A stretch of 64,000 nt of DNA from the human T2T-CHM13v2.0 reference genome, Homo sapiens. The notes under the pieces are model-generated. The model worked only from the letters and a program-made list of their open reading frames with translations, was not told where the DNA came from and searched no databases. Where the stretch lies: positions 4,320,001 through 4,384,000 of the forward strand of contig CP086569.2 in NCBI GenBank assembly GCA_009914755.4, in the 5' to 3' direction. This document shows positions 42,770 to 56,285 of the stretch, one piece after another (positions within the stretch are counted from its first letter, which is position 1; each line of letters opens with the position of its first letter). The position numbers and the translations under genes were made by a program.

Positions 42770-45400
42770 GAAAAAAATGCTCAACACCATTAGTTATTAG
42801 GGAAATGCAAATTAAAAACACAATGCACTACACAAATATAAGAATAGCAACAAAACAAACAAACAAACCTGACAAGATCAAATTCTGTTGAGGATGCAGA
42901 GCAAAAGGCTTATAGAAAATTTTAATAACATAACTAGACATAGCTGCTTCCAAATTTAAAATATGATTAGAACTTTTTGTTATTTAATTTGAGCAGAAGA
43001 TGAAAATTTACACAGATTAAGCTTTCACTTAAATGCAATGAGAAGGGAATAGCCTATTAAAAAACATTTAACATATCTACAGCTAACATCTATACCTAAT
43101 GGTAAAAGAATGAATGCTATTGTAATAGCAGGGTCAAGACAAATATCTGCTTTCACTCCTCCTATTAGCATCACACTGGGGATCTTAGCCTGCGAACTGA
43201 GACAAAATAAAGAAAGAATTGACATATAGAGTGCATACTAAGAAACAAAACTGCCTCTATTTTCAGAGGACATGACAGTCAACATACAAAATGTACAAAA
43301 AGTTCTTAGATCTCATAAGTGAACTTAGCAAGGTCTCATAATGCAAAGAAAATATACAGAAATCAATCATATTACTATATTACAGCAATTAAGAGTAGAA
43401 ATCTGAAGTTTTTAAATGACGTCAGTTACAATAGTACTAAATAAAATTAAGTACTTGGGTATAAATTTAACACAATATGTGAAGAATGTCTGCACTGAAA
43501 CTTACAAAACGCTGGTAAAAGAAATCAAATGTCTAAATCAATAGAGATGAAAAAGATATTTCCCTCATTCATAAATTAGAAGGTGCAATATTGTTAACAT
43601 GTCCATCCTTTCTCATTTGCTATATGCACTTAATGATATTCCTATCATAATCCCAGCAAGCTTTTAGTGAGATATCAGAAGCTGATTCTAAAATATATAT
43701 GGCAAAACAAAGGAACTACAATAGCTAAAACAATTCAGAAAAAGAAGAAAAAAGCTAAAGGGCTCCCACTGTCCAATTTCAGGACTTATTATAAAACTTT
43801 AATAATTAAAGCTGTGGTATTGGAAAAAAAGATAACATATACATCAACAGAATAGAAGAGACAGCTGAGAAATAGGCCTATAAGAATACAGTTTATTGCT
43901 TTTTACAGAGATTCACTAATTTAATAAAGAAAGGATTTTTTCAACAAATATTGCAGTATCAACTGTAAATCCATATGAAATTAATAAACTACAGGCATAT
44001 ACCTGATACATTATCCAAAAATTAACTGAAAATATGTCATTTACCATAATGTATAACAAAACTATAAAACTTTTAAAAGGAAACATGAGACAACCTATAT
44101 AATCTTTAGTTTAACAGTAAGACTTAACTAAAAAATACAAAGCGTGATCTACTTTAAAAATGTTAAATTAGACTTTATCAATATTAGAATACTTTGTTCT
44201 GTAAAAGACACTGTAAGGAGAATGAAAAGGTAACACGCACACTAAGAGAAAATATTTGCAGTTAAAATCACATCTCCAATAAAATCTTCCATGTACAATA
44301 TATAAATAACACTCAAAAGTCAACAATAAGGAAAAAAGCAACAAAATTAATAAATTTTAATAAATTTAATAATTTTTTAAGTCTAAAAAGACACTTCCCC
44401 AAAACAGATATGTGAAACCATGTGAAAAAAATACTCAACATCATTAATTATTAGGGGAATGCAAATTAAAACCACAATGTACTACACAAGTATTAAAATG
44501 GCAACAAAACAATCACACACACACCTGACAAGATAAAATTCTAGCAATGATGCAAGTTAACAGCAACTTTAATTAGTTGCTAGATGATATGCAAAATTGT
44601 TCAGCCACCTCTGAAAATGGTTTAGCAATTTTTTACAAATGTATACATACATTTATCATATGATCCAGTAATTCCACTCTTAGATATTAACAAAAAGAAT
44701 TGGAAACTCGTATTTACTAAAAGCTTGTAAACACATGTTTATAGCACTTTCTCTTATAATCACAAAAAGAAGAAGCCAGAAATCCTTCAACAGGTGAATG
44801 GATAAACAAGCTGTAATATATCCATTGAATGTAATAATACTCAGCAAGAAAAATGAACAAACAGTTGATTCAAACGACAGTGTGGCTAAATCTAATATAC
44901 ATTTTGCTAAGCATTGTATTATTCCATTTGAAAAGCATTTGGGTAAAGGCAAAACTATAGGAATGAAAAACAGATCTGTAGTTGCCAAAGATTATGGGAA
45001 GGAAGATTACGTGGCTACAAAGAGGACACACAGGAAAATTTTAGGAAGATGCGCTGTTTTGCATGGTACTTTGGTGGTGGATACATGACTAAGCATTTTT
45101 CAAAACTTATAGAGCTGTACAATCCAAAAGATAAACTTTACCATATGGAAATTGCAAAAAACAAAACAGGATGTCAGGAAACCCAGGAAGGATTGCAGAC
45201 AAGAAAAATGAACCCAGCTGTGTTGTAATTGTATAACATAACTTCACGGAAGGGTTCGAAAAGAAAAATAACAAACCTAAGTAACTTTGACAACCAGTGT
45301 TTTGAGTAGATTAAATAAACAAGGAAGGCAAGAATAAACCCTGTGGGGCATAACTAACTGAGAAATATCAGTGTTTATGTTAATAGAGATACAAATATAT
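42770..45400 (+). mobile_element. Ancient L1 (L1M-type) ORF2 C-terminal region and 3' UTR
   Basis: ..ATGCTCAACACCATTAGTTATTAGGGAAATGCAAATTAAAAACACAATG.. at 42775, and again ..ACTCAACATCATTAATTATTAGGGGAATGCAAATTAAAACCACAATGTACTACACA.. at 44437. The L1M 3' UTR motif ..GGTGAATGGATAAACAAGCTGTAATATATCCATTGAATG.. is present. Confidence 0.55.
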
Positions 45401-45497
45401 AAATATAGAGATAACTATAGATGTATATATTTATATATGGGTTAGTGTACATGCACTCATACATATTATTTCTGGCTCAGTACACAGAGGGAGCTTA

Positions 45498-45797
45498 GAA
45501 AGGAAGAAGGAAGGAAGGAGGGAAGGAAGAAAGGAGGGAAGGAAGGAAGTCAAAACGGAAGGGGTGAAGGAAGGATGAAAGGAAGGAAGGAAGGGAAATG
45601 AAGTGAGGAACGGAAGAGGGAGGGAAGGAAGGAAGGAAGTCAAAACAGAAGGAGTGAAGGAAGGATGGAAGGAAGGAAGTAAAGGGGAATGAAGCGAGGA
45701 ATGAAGGAGGGAGGGAAGGAAGGAAGGAAGGTAGGAAGGAAGGAAGGCAGGAAGGAAGGCAGACAGGCAGGGAGGGAGGGAGGGAGGGAGGGAAGAC
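45498..45797. repeat. (GGAA)n / (GGAAGG)n purine-rich microsatellite, about 300 bp, with an internal duplicated unit of about 95 bp
   Basis: Direct reading: ggaaggaaggagggaaggaag... The two units are GGAAGGAAGTCAAAACGGAAGGGGTGAAGGAAGGATGAAAGGAAGG.. and GGAAGGAAGTCAAAACAGAAGGAGTGAAGGAAGGATGGAAGGAAGG... Confidence 0.95.
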
Positions 45798-46712
45798 AAA
45801 GGAGCCCATGTGAAAGAGCAGCTCCAATGACCAAATCTGAAATAGTTTGAGAAACAAAATTAATAATGATAGTTTTGGAGTTGTGGAGGGGGCTAAAAGG
45901 TAGATACACATTAGCAGTTCCATACTGATTAATAAATGACCAAATAAATAAATAAACGAGAAAAGAGACATATCTTTAGTCCAGAAGAATTCCATATAAC
46001 ACAGGAATTAAGAGTGATGGGAATAAAAAGTAATCAGTGGAATACTACAGCAGTAATTGTTACAAGCAAGAACCATTAATGACTGCTAAACATTTTGGAA
46101 GCAACTTTAAAAAGAAACAGTATATTTGAATAGACTCAAATTATCTTCCCAAACATACTTACTAATTTCAGTGGTGTTTTTCCTAACAAGTGTCCACAAA
46201 GTATTTGATACTTCTCCCTCCAAAACCTGGGGTTTAATTCTCTTTCCTCTGAGCGTGGGCTGGATTTAGTGACTCATTTCTGAAAACACAGAATGGAACA
46301 GGAGAAGTAGTAACTTTGCAGTGCAGAAGCCTGGAAAATACCACCTTTGTCAAGTGGTCAAGTTTAACATCACCAATAATAAGTAATGCAGATATTATTT
46401 TACCCCAAAATGGTATGATGAGAAGAGTACTTTATCTCTGTGTTATTCCCCCAAAATCTGTTTCCTCGGTATAATCATGAAAAAAGAGCAGAGAAACAAA
46501 AATTGGGAGAAATTCCAAAATACCTGACCAGTAGTCTTCTAAAGTGCTGATGTCATTAGAACAAGGAGATAGTATAACATGATAGAGAGAATACTGTGTC
46601 TGTATTTTAGTGCCCAGTTGTACCAGAGTAATTTCTGAGCACTACATGCATCAGTCTTTGTATATTTTTGCTTGGTATGTGCAACCAGGATTTGAATTTG
46701 GTCTCTTAATTA

Positions 46713-47063
<351 letters not shown>

Positions 47064-47094
47064 CTATATAATATAATTTCTAGTACTGAATATT

Positions 47095-47235
47095 ATACTT
47101 TTAGTTTAGCACTACTTCCACTTTTCTGCCCCACAATAATTTTATATATAAAATTATATTAATATAAATTATATTAATTTTATATATAAAATTACATTAT
47201 TCTATTAATAATAATTTTAATCTTATGTATAAATA
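47095..47235. repeat. AT-rich low-complexity block with internal short direct repeats
   Basis: aattttatatataaaattatattaatataaattatattaattttatatataaaattacattattctattaataataatttta. Confidence 0.45.
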
Positions 47236-49359
47236 CCTACTAGAATTTGGACGGGAGTGAAACAGTGAAATGCCTTGCTTATCCTTTGAAAAATTATATT
47301 TTGGGAAATATATAATTGCTTATTTCTGCATTACTATTGTTTGCAAATGCCTTGTGGGGAGGTGTCTTTTACAAATCAACATTTAATGGCACATACAAAA
47401 TGAAAATATACAAATATTGGGACTTTTAAAATAACTACCTAAGAATTGACACATTGACATTTACTTCAATACTTTACTATCAGATTTATTCAGTTGATAG
47501 CAAGGTGGAACTAGATTTATGAAAGAAAACCAATAGAATATAAAAAAATAGTGAAGAAAACACTCCCCATTGTCCAAACTGTCATTTACTTACGAAAGCT
47601 AAGCCAAATCTCATGCTTAGTAATAAACATACAATGTTACAGAATATTCCATCTCAAAAATCATGGTTTTGAAGGAAATTATGAGAATTAGATAATTAAT
47701 GTTCACCTACTCCACACATAAGTAAAACATTTCCTAATTAAATCCCTGTTAAGAAGATAAGAAACTACCAACAAGGCTAAATTATGACTTTATCATACTA
47801 CAAAGAGTGAGAATTAAGACACAGTTTGTTGAGGAGAATCCAGATACATTTAATATAGGTGTCCAGAGACTTTGTAGCTGTGACATGGGAAGGTTATCCC
47901 AGGGAAATTTTCATAACCCTTAGTTCTCTAAAATGAGTACTCATTTGGCTTCCGATCATTTGCTTAAGCTGCTAGAGGCTGGATTGAATAAAGCTGCCCT
48001 GAGGAAATTATTTGGAAATCTAACAGTTTTCCCAGTATATTTTGTCAGAGGAGAATCTGAGGAAATTTACATATCAACATTGACAATATTCTTGTGAGTG
48101 TCTAACACTCAATTTCGTACCTCTGAGTTAAATCTAAAGAGTTAGGGGCACTATTACTTAATCTGTATCTATGTTTTGGCATCAAGTCTTCAACATGAAA
48201 TAAGCAAGCCAAATTATAGAGTCCTTATGTGATCTCTTCAAAATGATCTTATTTTCCAAAATATGAATGACCTATAGAAAGAAGAGTTTTAGTGCCACTA
48301 AAGAAGAGCATAGGCTTTAGAAGGCGAAATAAAGATGATTTGAAATGTGTTTGTTAACATAGAAGATATTGCTGATATGGTGAAATTATTACACATGGAA
48401 AATTATATGCATAATGAAGCAGATAAAAAATGGAAGTAAATATACATTCAAAGAAATGAAAATGGGCATTTTAGGGAGCCTGAAGCTCTGTAACTGGACA
48501 AAGTAAGACAAATGTAAGTAGAGGAGTCAGTTGTAAAGGACAAATTGTAACATTGTCTACAACAAGCCAAACAAGGAAGTTTAGAAAATAAATAATTCAT
48601 TTAGTCCCCATAATTTATTTTAATTATTTCAAGGTCAGTATATAATGACCACTCAAAATTTACCACCTATCATTTTTACACACTATCCAGTGTTCATCTA
48701 ACTGTCATAATGGATAATTTAGGAGTATGAAATATGGATACTGTTCATTCAGGTATGTATGCTAAGCCAGCTTCTAGAGATTTCTTTATATTTATTGTAT
48801 TTAATTTATATTTTAATATAAATATGCTAAATACCATAAAACATAAACAAAATATATTTTGCTAAGTAGAAGATAAAAAGACCATGAAGATTTTACAAGT
48901 TTTTTCATTGCTGTCTATTTCATTTTTAATACCAATGAGATGAGAAGTAATTGTTTACCATACTTATACTATGGAAGTTGTACTTAGCAAATCAGGAAGT
49001 ACAAAAAAATTTCTAGTAACTCTGTGATCAAATTTTGAACATTTTTATATCAAATCCAAGTAAATTTTTAGCTGTACTCTTGAATAAGTGATTTTACCAG
49101 TGTGTATCCACACTTCTCTAAATACAAAATGAGAGTAATCATATATATCTAATAAGATTTCAGTAAGTTTGTAAAGTGATAATTCATGTTAACGGCTTAA
49201 TGTAATACATGACACATAAGTGGTAAGTGTTAATATCAGGAGCCAATTATAATCTTGAAAGACATAGTCTCAAAAGCCATAATCCTCAAAATTAAAATCC
49301 CAAATTTTATCATCCTGAAATAATTCTGGAAAAAATAATTTAAAATAAATTTACATTTT

Positions 49360-52300
49360 GGAGACTAGGCTGAGCAAGATGGTGAAATAGAAGGCTCTAT
49401 TGATCGTCCCCTCCATAAAAAAAAACACCAATTTAACAACTCTCTACACACAAAAAAAGCACCTGTATAAGAGCCAAAAATCAGGTGAGCACTCACGATA
49501 CCTGGTTTTAACTTCATATCATTGAAAGAGGCACTGAAGACGTAGAAAAACAGTCTTGAATTGCCAATACTACCACTCCCTGATCCACCAGCATTGGAGG
49601 CATGGCACAGAGAACAGTTCTCCGTGCTGGGGGCAGGGGGCTGGGGTGGGGAAGGAGAGTATAGGAGTTGTGAGGCACTTAACTCACTGCTGTCCTGTTG
49701 AAGCAGGAAAGAAAACCAGACCAAACTCAGCTGACATGCACCCATGGAGGGAGCATTTAAACCAGCTCTAGCCAGAGGGGAACTGCAGATCCCAGTGGTC
49801 AGAACTTGAGTTCCTGCATGCCTCACCACCGTGGACTTAAGTGCTCTGGGGCTCTAAAGAAACTTGAAGGTCAGTCTAGGCTGTAACTCCTAGCTGAGTC
49901 CTAGTGCTGAACTGGGCCCAGAACCAGAGGAATGGGAGGGCACAGGAACTACTCATATACCAGCTAGGGAAGCTAAGGGAGTGCTTGGATCTCTCCTCTA
50001 AAGCCAGGTGGCAGAGTTTGTGGCTCCAAAGAGATCCCATCCTTCTGTTTGAGGAGAGGTGAGGAAAGAGTGTGGAGAATTGTATCTTGCATCTTGGATA
50101 CCACCTAAGCAACAGCATGATAGGGCACTGGTCAAAGTTGTGAGGCCTCTTTTCCAGGCCCTAGTTCCTGGACAAACCCTTGGCCAGAGGGAACCCACTG
50201 CCTTCAAGGGAAGGACCCAGGCCTGACAGCATTCATCATCTGCTAAATAAATAGTTCTTGGTCCCTGAATAACCAGCAATGATACCCAGGAACCACATCA
50301 AGGGCCTTGGGTAAGCTTCTGAGACATATTGGCTTCAGGTGAGACTCAGCACATTCCCTGCTGTGGCAGCTAAGGGGTAAGACTCCATCTACTTGATAAA
50401 AGCAAAGGAAAAAGTAAAGGGGCCTTCATCTTGCACCTTAGATACCAGTTGGCCACAAAAGGTAGAGAAGCAAGTGGGCTCCTGAGGTCTCTGATTTCAG
50501 GAATTGATTCTCGGATTGCATTTCCGGACCTATCCTAAGAAAGAAGGGGGCCCACTGGCCTAAAGAGTGAGTCCCAGCCCAGGCAGCATTTACCACAAAC
50601 TGACTGAAGAGCTCTTGGGCTTTAAGAGAACATCAGTGGTAGTCTGGAAGTACTCTCCATTGGCCTGTGGTGGTGAGAGCCATGGGGTAAGGCTCCCCTG
50701 CTTTTGGAAAGTGGACAGAAGAATGAGAAGGATTGCTTCTTGTAATTTGAGTGCCATCTCTGCCTCAATAAAATAGAACACCGGGTAGATTTCTAAGGAT
50801 TTTGACTCTGGTAACTAGATCCAGGACAACACCTCTGGACCTGCTTAGGGCCTAGGAGAACTTGCCACCCTGAAGGGGAAGACACAGGTCTGGGTGACTT
50901 TGCCACCTGCTGATTGTAGAACCCCAGGGCTTTGAGTGAACATAGTCAGTGGCCAGGGATTGGTTAGAACAGGTCATGGGTGAGACCCAGTTCTGTGTTT
51001 CCTTCATGTCTGACCCAGCACAGTCATAGTGGTGGTGGCCACCAGGGGTACTTGTTTCACTTCACCCTCAGCTTTAGTTGGCTCAGAACAGAGAGAGAGC
51101 CCATTTGTTTGAGAGAAAGTAATGGAAGAGAACAAGGGTCTATGCCTGTTAATCTAGAAAATTCTTCCAGATCCAGCCCAAGACTATCAAAGCAGTACCT
51201 CTATGAGTCTGCAAGGACCGTAGAATTATTGGGCTTGGGGTACCACCTAAAGCAGATACAGCTTTGATCACGGTACTCAAATCTTTCCAAATATCTGGAA
51301 AACCTACCCAAGAAGGGCAGAAACAAATAATACCAGACTGTGAGGTCTACAATAAATACCTAACTCTTCAATGCCTAGAAACAGATGAACATCTGCAAGT
51401 ATCAAGACCATCGAGGAAAACATGACATTGCCAAAATGCATTAAGTAAGCCACAGGCTTTGTTTCTCCTGGAGAAACAAAGATATGTGAAATTTCAGACA
51501 GAGAAGCCATGATAAGTGTTTTTAGAAAACAATGAAATTCAGGATAATATAGAGAAGTAATTCAGAATTCTATCAGATGAACTGAAATAATTTTAAAAAA
51601 TCAATCGGAAATTCTGAAGATAAATAATGGAAGTTATACACTAAATAATTCATCAGAGTATTTTAATAGGAGAATTAATCTAGCAGAAGAAAACATAGCA
51701 AGCTTGAAGACAGGCTACTTGAAAATACAGTCAGAGGAGACAAAAGACAAAAAAAAAATGATGCATACCCAGAGAATCTAGAAAATGTCTCAAAAGTGAA
51801 AATCTAAGAGTTATTGGCCTTAAAAGGAGGTAGTGAAAGAGATAGGTAGAAAGTTTATTCAAAAGGATAATAACAGAGAACTCCCTAAACCTAGGGAAAG
51901 ATATCAATATCCAACTACAAGAAGGTTATAGAACACCAAGCAGATTTAATCAAAAGAAGTCTATCTCGATGCATTTAATATTCAAACCCCCAAAGATCAA
52001 GGATTTAAAAACAGGTTCCAAAAACAGCAAGAGAAAAAAAATATTATTCAATGAAGCTCCAACGTCTGGCAGAAGACTTTTCAGTGGAAATCTTACAGGT
52101 GAGGAGAGAGAGACATGACATATTTATAATACTGAAAAAAAAACAAACCTACTACCCTCGAATGGTATATCTGGCTAAAATATTCTTTAAATATGAAAGA
52201 GAAATACTTTACCAAACAAACAAAAGCTGAAGAATTTAATTATCACCAGACCTGTCCTACAAGAAATGATAAAGGGAATACTTCAATGAGATAGAAAAAA

Positions 52301-55203
52301 ATGTTAATTAGCAGTAAATAATTACCTGAAGGTACAAAACTTACTAGTAATGTAAATACACAGAAAAACCCACAATATTATAACAGTGGTGTGTAAACTA
52401 CTTTTATCCTAAGTAGAAAGACTAAACAATAAACCAATCAAAACTAATAACTAGAAAAACTTTGAAACCATAAAGAGTACAATAAGATATAAATAGAAAC
52501 AACAAAAAGTTAAAAAGTGGGGGAATAAAGTTAAATCATAGAGTTTTTACTACTTTTCATTTTTTGTTTGTTTATTGTTTATGTGACAGTTTGCTATTTT
52601 AGCCTAAAATAATAGTATTTGCAAGCCTCATATAACCTCGACCCAAATAATCTATAACAAATACACAACCATTAAAAAAAGGAAGATAACCATATCACCA
52701 GAGAAAATTACCTTCAGTAAAAGGAAGATAGGAATAAAAGAAAGAAAGAAGAGAAGAACACACAAAAAAAAACAGAAAACAAATTATAAAATGTTAAGAA
52801 TAAGTCCTTACTCATCAAAAATAACATTGAAAATAAATGGACTACATTTTTCCAATCAAAAAATTAAATGGATAAAAACACATAGTGGCTAAATGGATTA
52901 ATATGCAAGACCCAATGGTCTGTTGTCTAAAAGAAACTCACTTCACTTATAAAGACACACATGACTGAAAATAAAGAGATGAAAAATGATATTTCATGAT
53001 AACGAAAAACAAAATAGATCAGGAGTAGCTATATTTACATCAGTCAAAATAGATTTCAAGACAAAAACTTTAAGAGACAAAGAAGCTATAAAACTATAAA
53101 ATGATAAGGAGTAAGTAGAACTGATCAACAAACTCAGTAAAGTTGCAGGATACAAAATAAACATATAAAAATCAGTAACATTTCTATATGCCAACAGTGA
53201 ACAATCTGAAAAAGCAATTTGAAAAGGAATCCCATTTACCATAGCCAAAAGAAAACTAAATAGTTAGAAATTAACTTAACCTCAGAAGCTAAATATTTCT
53301 ATAATGAAAATTAAAAAACAGTGATTAAAGAAGTTGAAGGGGACACACACACAAAATGCAGAGATTGTCTATGTTAATGGATTGGAAGAATCAATATTGT
53401 TAAAATGTTCCAAGGCAATCTTGAGGTTCAGTGCAATCCCTATCAAAACATGAATGACATTCTTCATAGAAATAGAAAAAAAAAACACCCTAAAATTTAT
53501 ATAAAACCACAAAAGACCCAGAATATACAAAGCTATCCAAAGCAAAAAGAACAAAACTGGAAGAATCACATTACCTAACTTCAAATTATACTACAGAGTT
53601 ATAGTAACCAAAATAATATGGTACTGGTATAAAAAAAGACCCACAGAGTACTTGGATAGAATTGAGAACTCAGAAATAAATCCATATCCCTACACTGAAC
53701 TCATTTTCAACACAAGTGTCAAGAACATACACTGTGGAAAAAGCAGTCTCTTGTATAAATGATGTGGGGAAAATTGAATATCCATATGCAGAACGATGAA
53801 ACTAGAACCCTTTATCTCACCATATATAAAAATCAAATCAAAATGGATTAAAGACTTAAATATAAGACCTCTAACCATGAAAGTGCTACAAGAAAATAGC
53901 GGGGAAAATCTCCAAGTAATTGGTCTGGGAAAAAATTGCTGAGTAATATCCCACAAGCACAGGCCACCAAAGCAAAAATTGACAAATGGGATCGCATCTA
54001 GTTAAAAAAAATCTGCACAGCAAAAGAAACCATCAACAAAGTAAAGAGACCACCTACTGAATGGGAGAAAATATTTCTAAACTACTGATCTGACAAGGAT
54101 TTAGTCCCCAGAATATATAAGGAGTTCAAAAAACTCTATAGGAAAAAATCTAATAATCCCATCGAAAATGGGGAAAAGATCTGAACAGACATTTCTGAAA
54201 AGAAGACATACAAATGGCAAATGGAGATATGAAAAGTGCTCAATATCATTGATCATTAGAGAAATACAAATCAAAACTACAATGAGATGTCATCTCATCC
54301 CAGTTAAAATGGCTTATAACCAAGGCAGGCAATAAGAAATTCTGACAATCATGTGGAGAAAAGGGGACCCTTGTACCTTGTTTGTAGGAATGTAAATTAG
54401 TACAACCACTATAGAGAACAGTTTGAAGGTTCTTCAGAAAACTAAAAATAGAGCTACCATATGATCCAGCCAACCCGCTGCTGGGTATATACTCTCCAAA
54501 AAAGGAAATCAGTATATTGAAGAGATACCTGCACTCCCATGTTTGTTGCAGGATTGTTCAGAATAGCCAAGATTTAACAACAACCTAAGTGTCCATCAAC
54601 AGATGAATAGATAAAGGAAAATTTGATACTTATACAGAATGGAGTACTATTCAGCCATAAAGAGGAATGAGATCCAGTCAATTTCAACATGTATGGACCT
54701 GGAGGTCATTATGCTAAGTGAAATAAGCCATGCACAGAAAGACAAACATCACATGTTCTCACTTATTTGTGGGATCTAAAAATAAAAACAATTGAATTCA
54801 TGGAGACAGAGAGAAGAAAGACAGTTACCAGAGGCTGGGAAGCATTGTGGTGTGGTAGCGGTGAGGTGGAGATGGTTAATAGGTTCAAATAAATAGAAAG
54901 AATAAGACCTATTATTTGATAGCACAACCGGGTAAATATAGTCAATAGTAATTTAACTGTACATTTTAAAGTAATTTAAAGAGTATAGTTGGATTGTTTG
55001 TAACAGAAAGGATAAATGCTTTAAGGAATGAATACCCCATTCTCCATGATGTGATTATTATGCACTGCCTGCCTGTATCAAAACATCTCATGTATCCCAT
55101 AAATATATACATCTACCATGTACCCGCACAATTAAAATGAAAAGCTTTTAACAAGTTAAAAAAATAAAATAACAGGTATTAAAAAATAAAATAACAGGTA
55201 TGA
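49360..55203 (+). mobile_element. Near-full-length older L1 (L1PB/L1MA-type): 5' UTR about 49360-51300, ORF1 and ORF2 remnants with an internal deletion of most of EN and RT, 3' UTR and A-rich tail to 55203
   Basis: 5' end GGAGACTAGGCTGAGCAAGATGGTGAAATAGAAGGCTC, resembling the L1 GCCAAGATGGCCGAATAGGAACAGCTCC start. The 5' UTR contains repeated monomer-like units. ORF2 jumps from about aa 90 of EN (..RDKEAIKL) to the post-RT segment (..[33 protein letters not shown]..) near 53110. The 3' end reads ..TACCCGCACAATTAAAATGAAAAGC. Target-site duplication AAATTTACATTTT at 49347-49359 and AAATTACATTTT at 55204-55215. Confidence 0.8.
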
Positions 55204-56089
55204 AAATTACATTTTAAAGGGATGTTTATTTGAGAAATCTAAAAACACAGCAGAAGAGTTCCCAGGCCACTTTATGTGATACAATAGGCAATAATAACAT
55301 ATATATTTTTTTGCGAGCATAAGCACTGCAGTATACTCATGACAGTCACATAAGTAAACCAGTTATAAGCAGATGAGGTGTATTCATATAGAAATAGGTC
55401 AAAAAGAGAAATATATAATTGCATATAACTGTGGTGGGTAATTGTGCGAGCTCAGCTGTATAACTGCAGTCACTTGAAATACTGTGGTGAACAACCTAAG
55501 ACTTTTGACAAGATTGATCAAAAATCGCAATGGGTCACCACCTCATGTGCAGTCATTCATAGAGCTGAGATCTCGAGAAGTTTTACCTTTCACAAATGCA
55601 CATGTACAAAAGGACATCTCTTCATTTATTGAGGAAGTTTCAACATTTTACATACACAATGCTTACCCACAAAGTCAAAGTTGTGATAATGCACTGTTGT
55701 GGAGTCAAATTTCTGACAGGCAACGTAGCAAAGCCTCTCCCTGTTCTCAGAGAGAGACCAAATCGCCTTCTGTATTTTCTCTCCCCTGATTGAATGGTGC
55801 CCACCAACACTAACAGCAGATCTTTCCTATATAGTCCACTCAGACTCACTCATGAATCTCCTCTGCAAACACCCTCACAGACACACTCAAAGTAATACTT
55901 TACCAATTTTCTACGTATTCCTTAATCCAGCCAAGTTGACATCTAACATTAAGTACGTAAGTCCACTCGTGTCAACTTTTCACCCATATTCATCTCCTTA
56001 AACCATAATTTTCAAATAAAGACAATAACACTTCACATGATACAACTAACATGTTTCAATTATCTTGTATACAACTAAAAACATACTAA

Positions 56090-56285
56090 TCTTTTACTCA
56101 GAATTCTGTTTTCAGAATTTTAACATTCAGGATTTTAATTTTGGGGGAATGCAATTTTCAGGATTTTAGACATTAGATATTTTAGGCTGAAAGAATTCTG
56201 ACTTTAGGGATTTTGATATTTTAGGATTTCAGCTTCCTAATTATGCTGTTTCAGGATTATGACCCAAACCCATTAATATTACCAT
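56090..56285. repeat. Degenerate tandem array of a unit of about 25-35 bp built on TTCAGGATTTTA / TTTAGGGATTTTGA
   Basis: cagaattctgttttcagaattttaacattcaggattttaattttggg..ttttcaggattttagacattagatattttaggctgaaagaattctgactttagggattttgatattttaggatttcagcttcc..gctgtttcaggattatgac. Confidence 0.45.

Noticed and set aside
45431-45995. 122-166 aa serine/proline/leucine-rich ORFs on the minus strand (SLPPSLPPCLSAFLPAFLPSYLPSFLPS..)
   Set aside because: They are the three-frame translation of the (TTCC)n strand of the GGAA microsatellite. They are an artefact.
49365-49829. 154-aa antisense ORF inside the 5' UTR of the older L1. It is a tempting parallel to the primate-specific L1 ORF0.
   Set aside because: ORF0 is described for young L1PA 5' UTRs, and this is an older L1 with a different UTR. 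The ORF is in a GC-rich segment, begins with a non-ATG start by the track's rules, and has no supporting features. I would only revisit it if many copies of this L1 subfamily conserved the ORF.
55484-55849. 101-aa ORF with somewhat raised CpG content in unique sequence
   Set aside because: There is no recognisable protein similarity. CpG is only modestly enriched, at about eight sites in 400 bp, and opposite-strand ORFs overlap it. It looks like ordinary intergenic sequence.
56090-56285. Treating the tandem repeats, or the (GGAA)n array, as CRISPR
   Set aside because: The repeats are degenerate and not evenly spaced, and there are no unique spacers. The context is eukaryotic.
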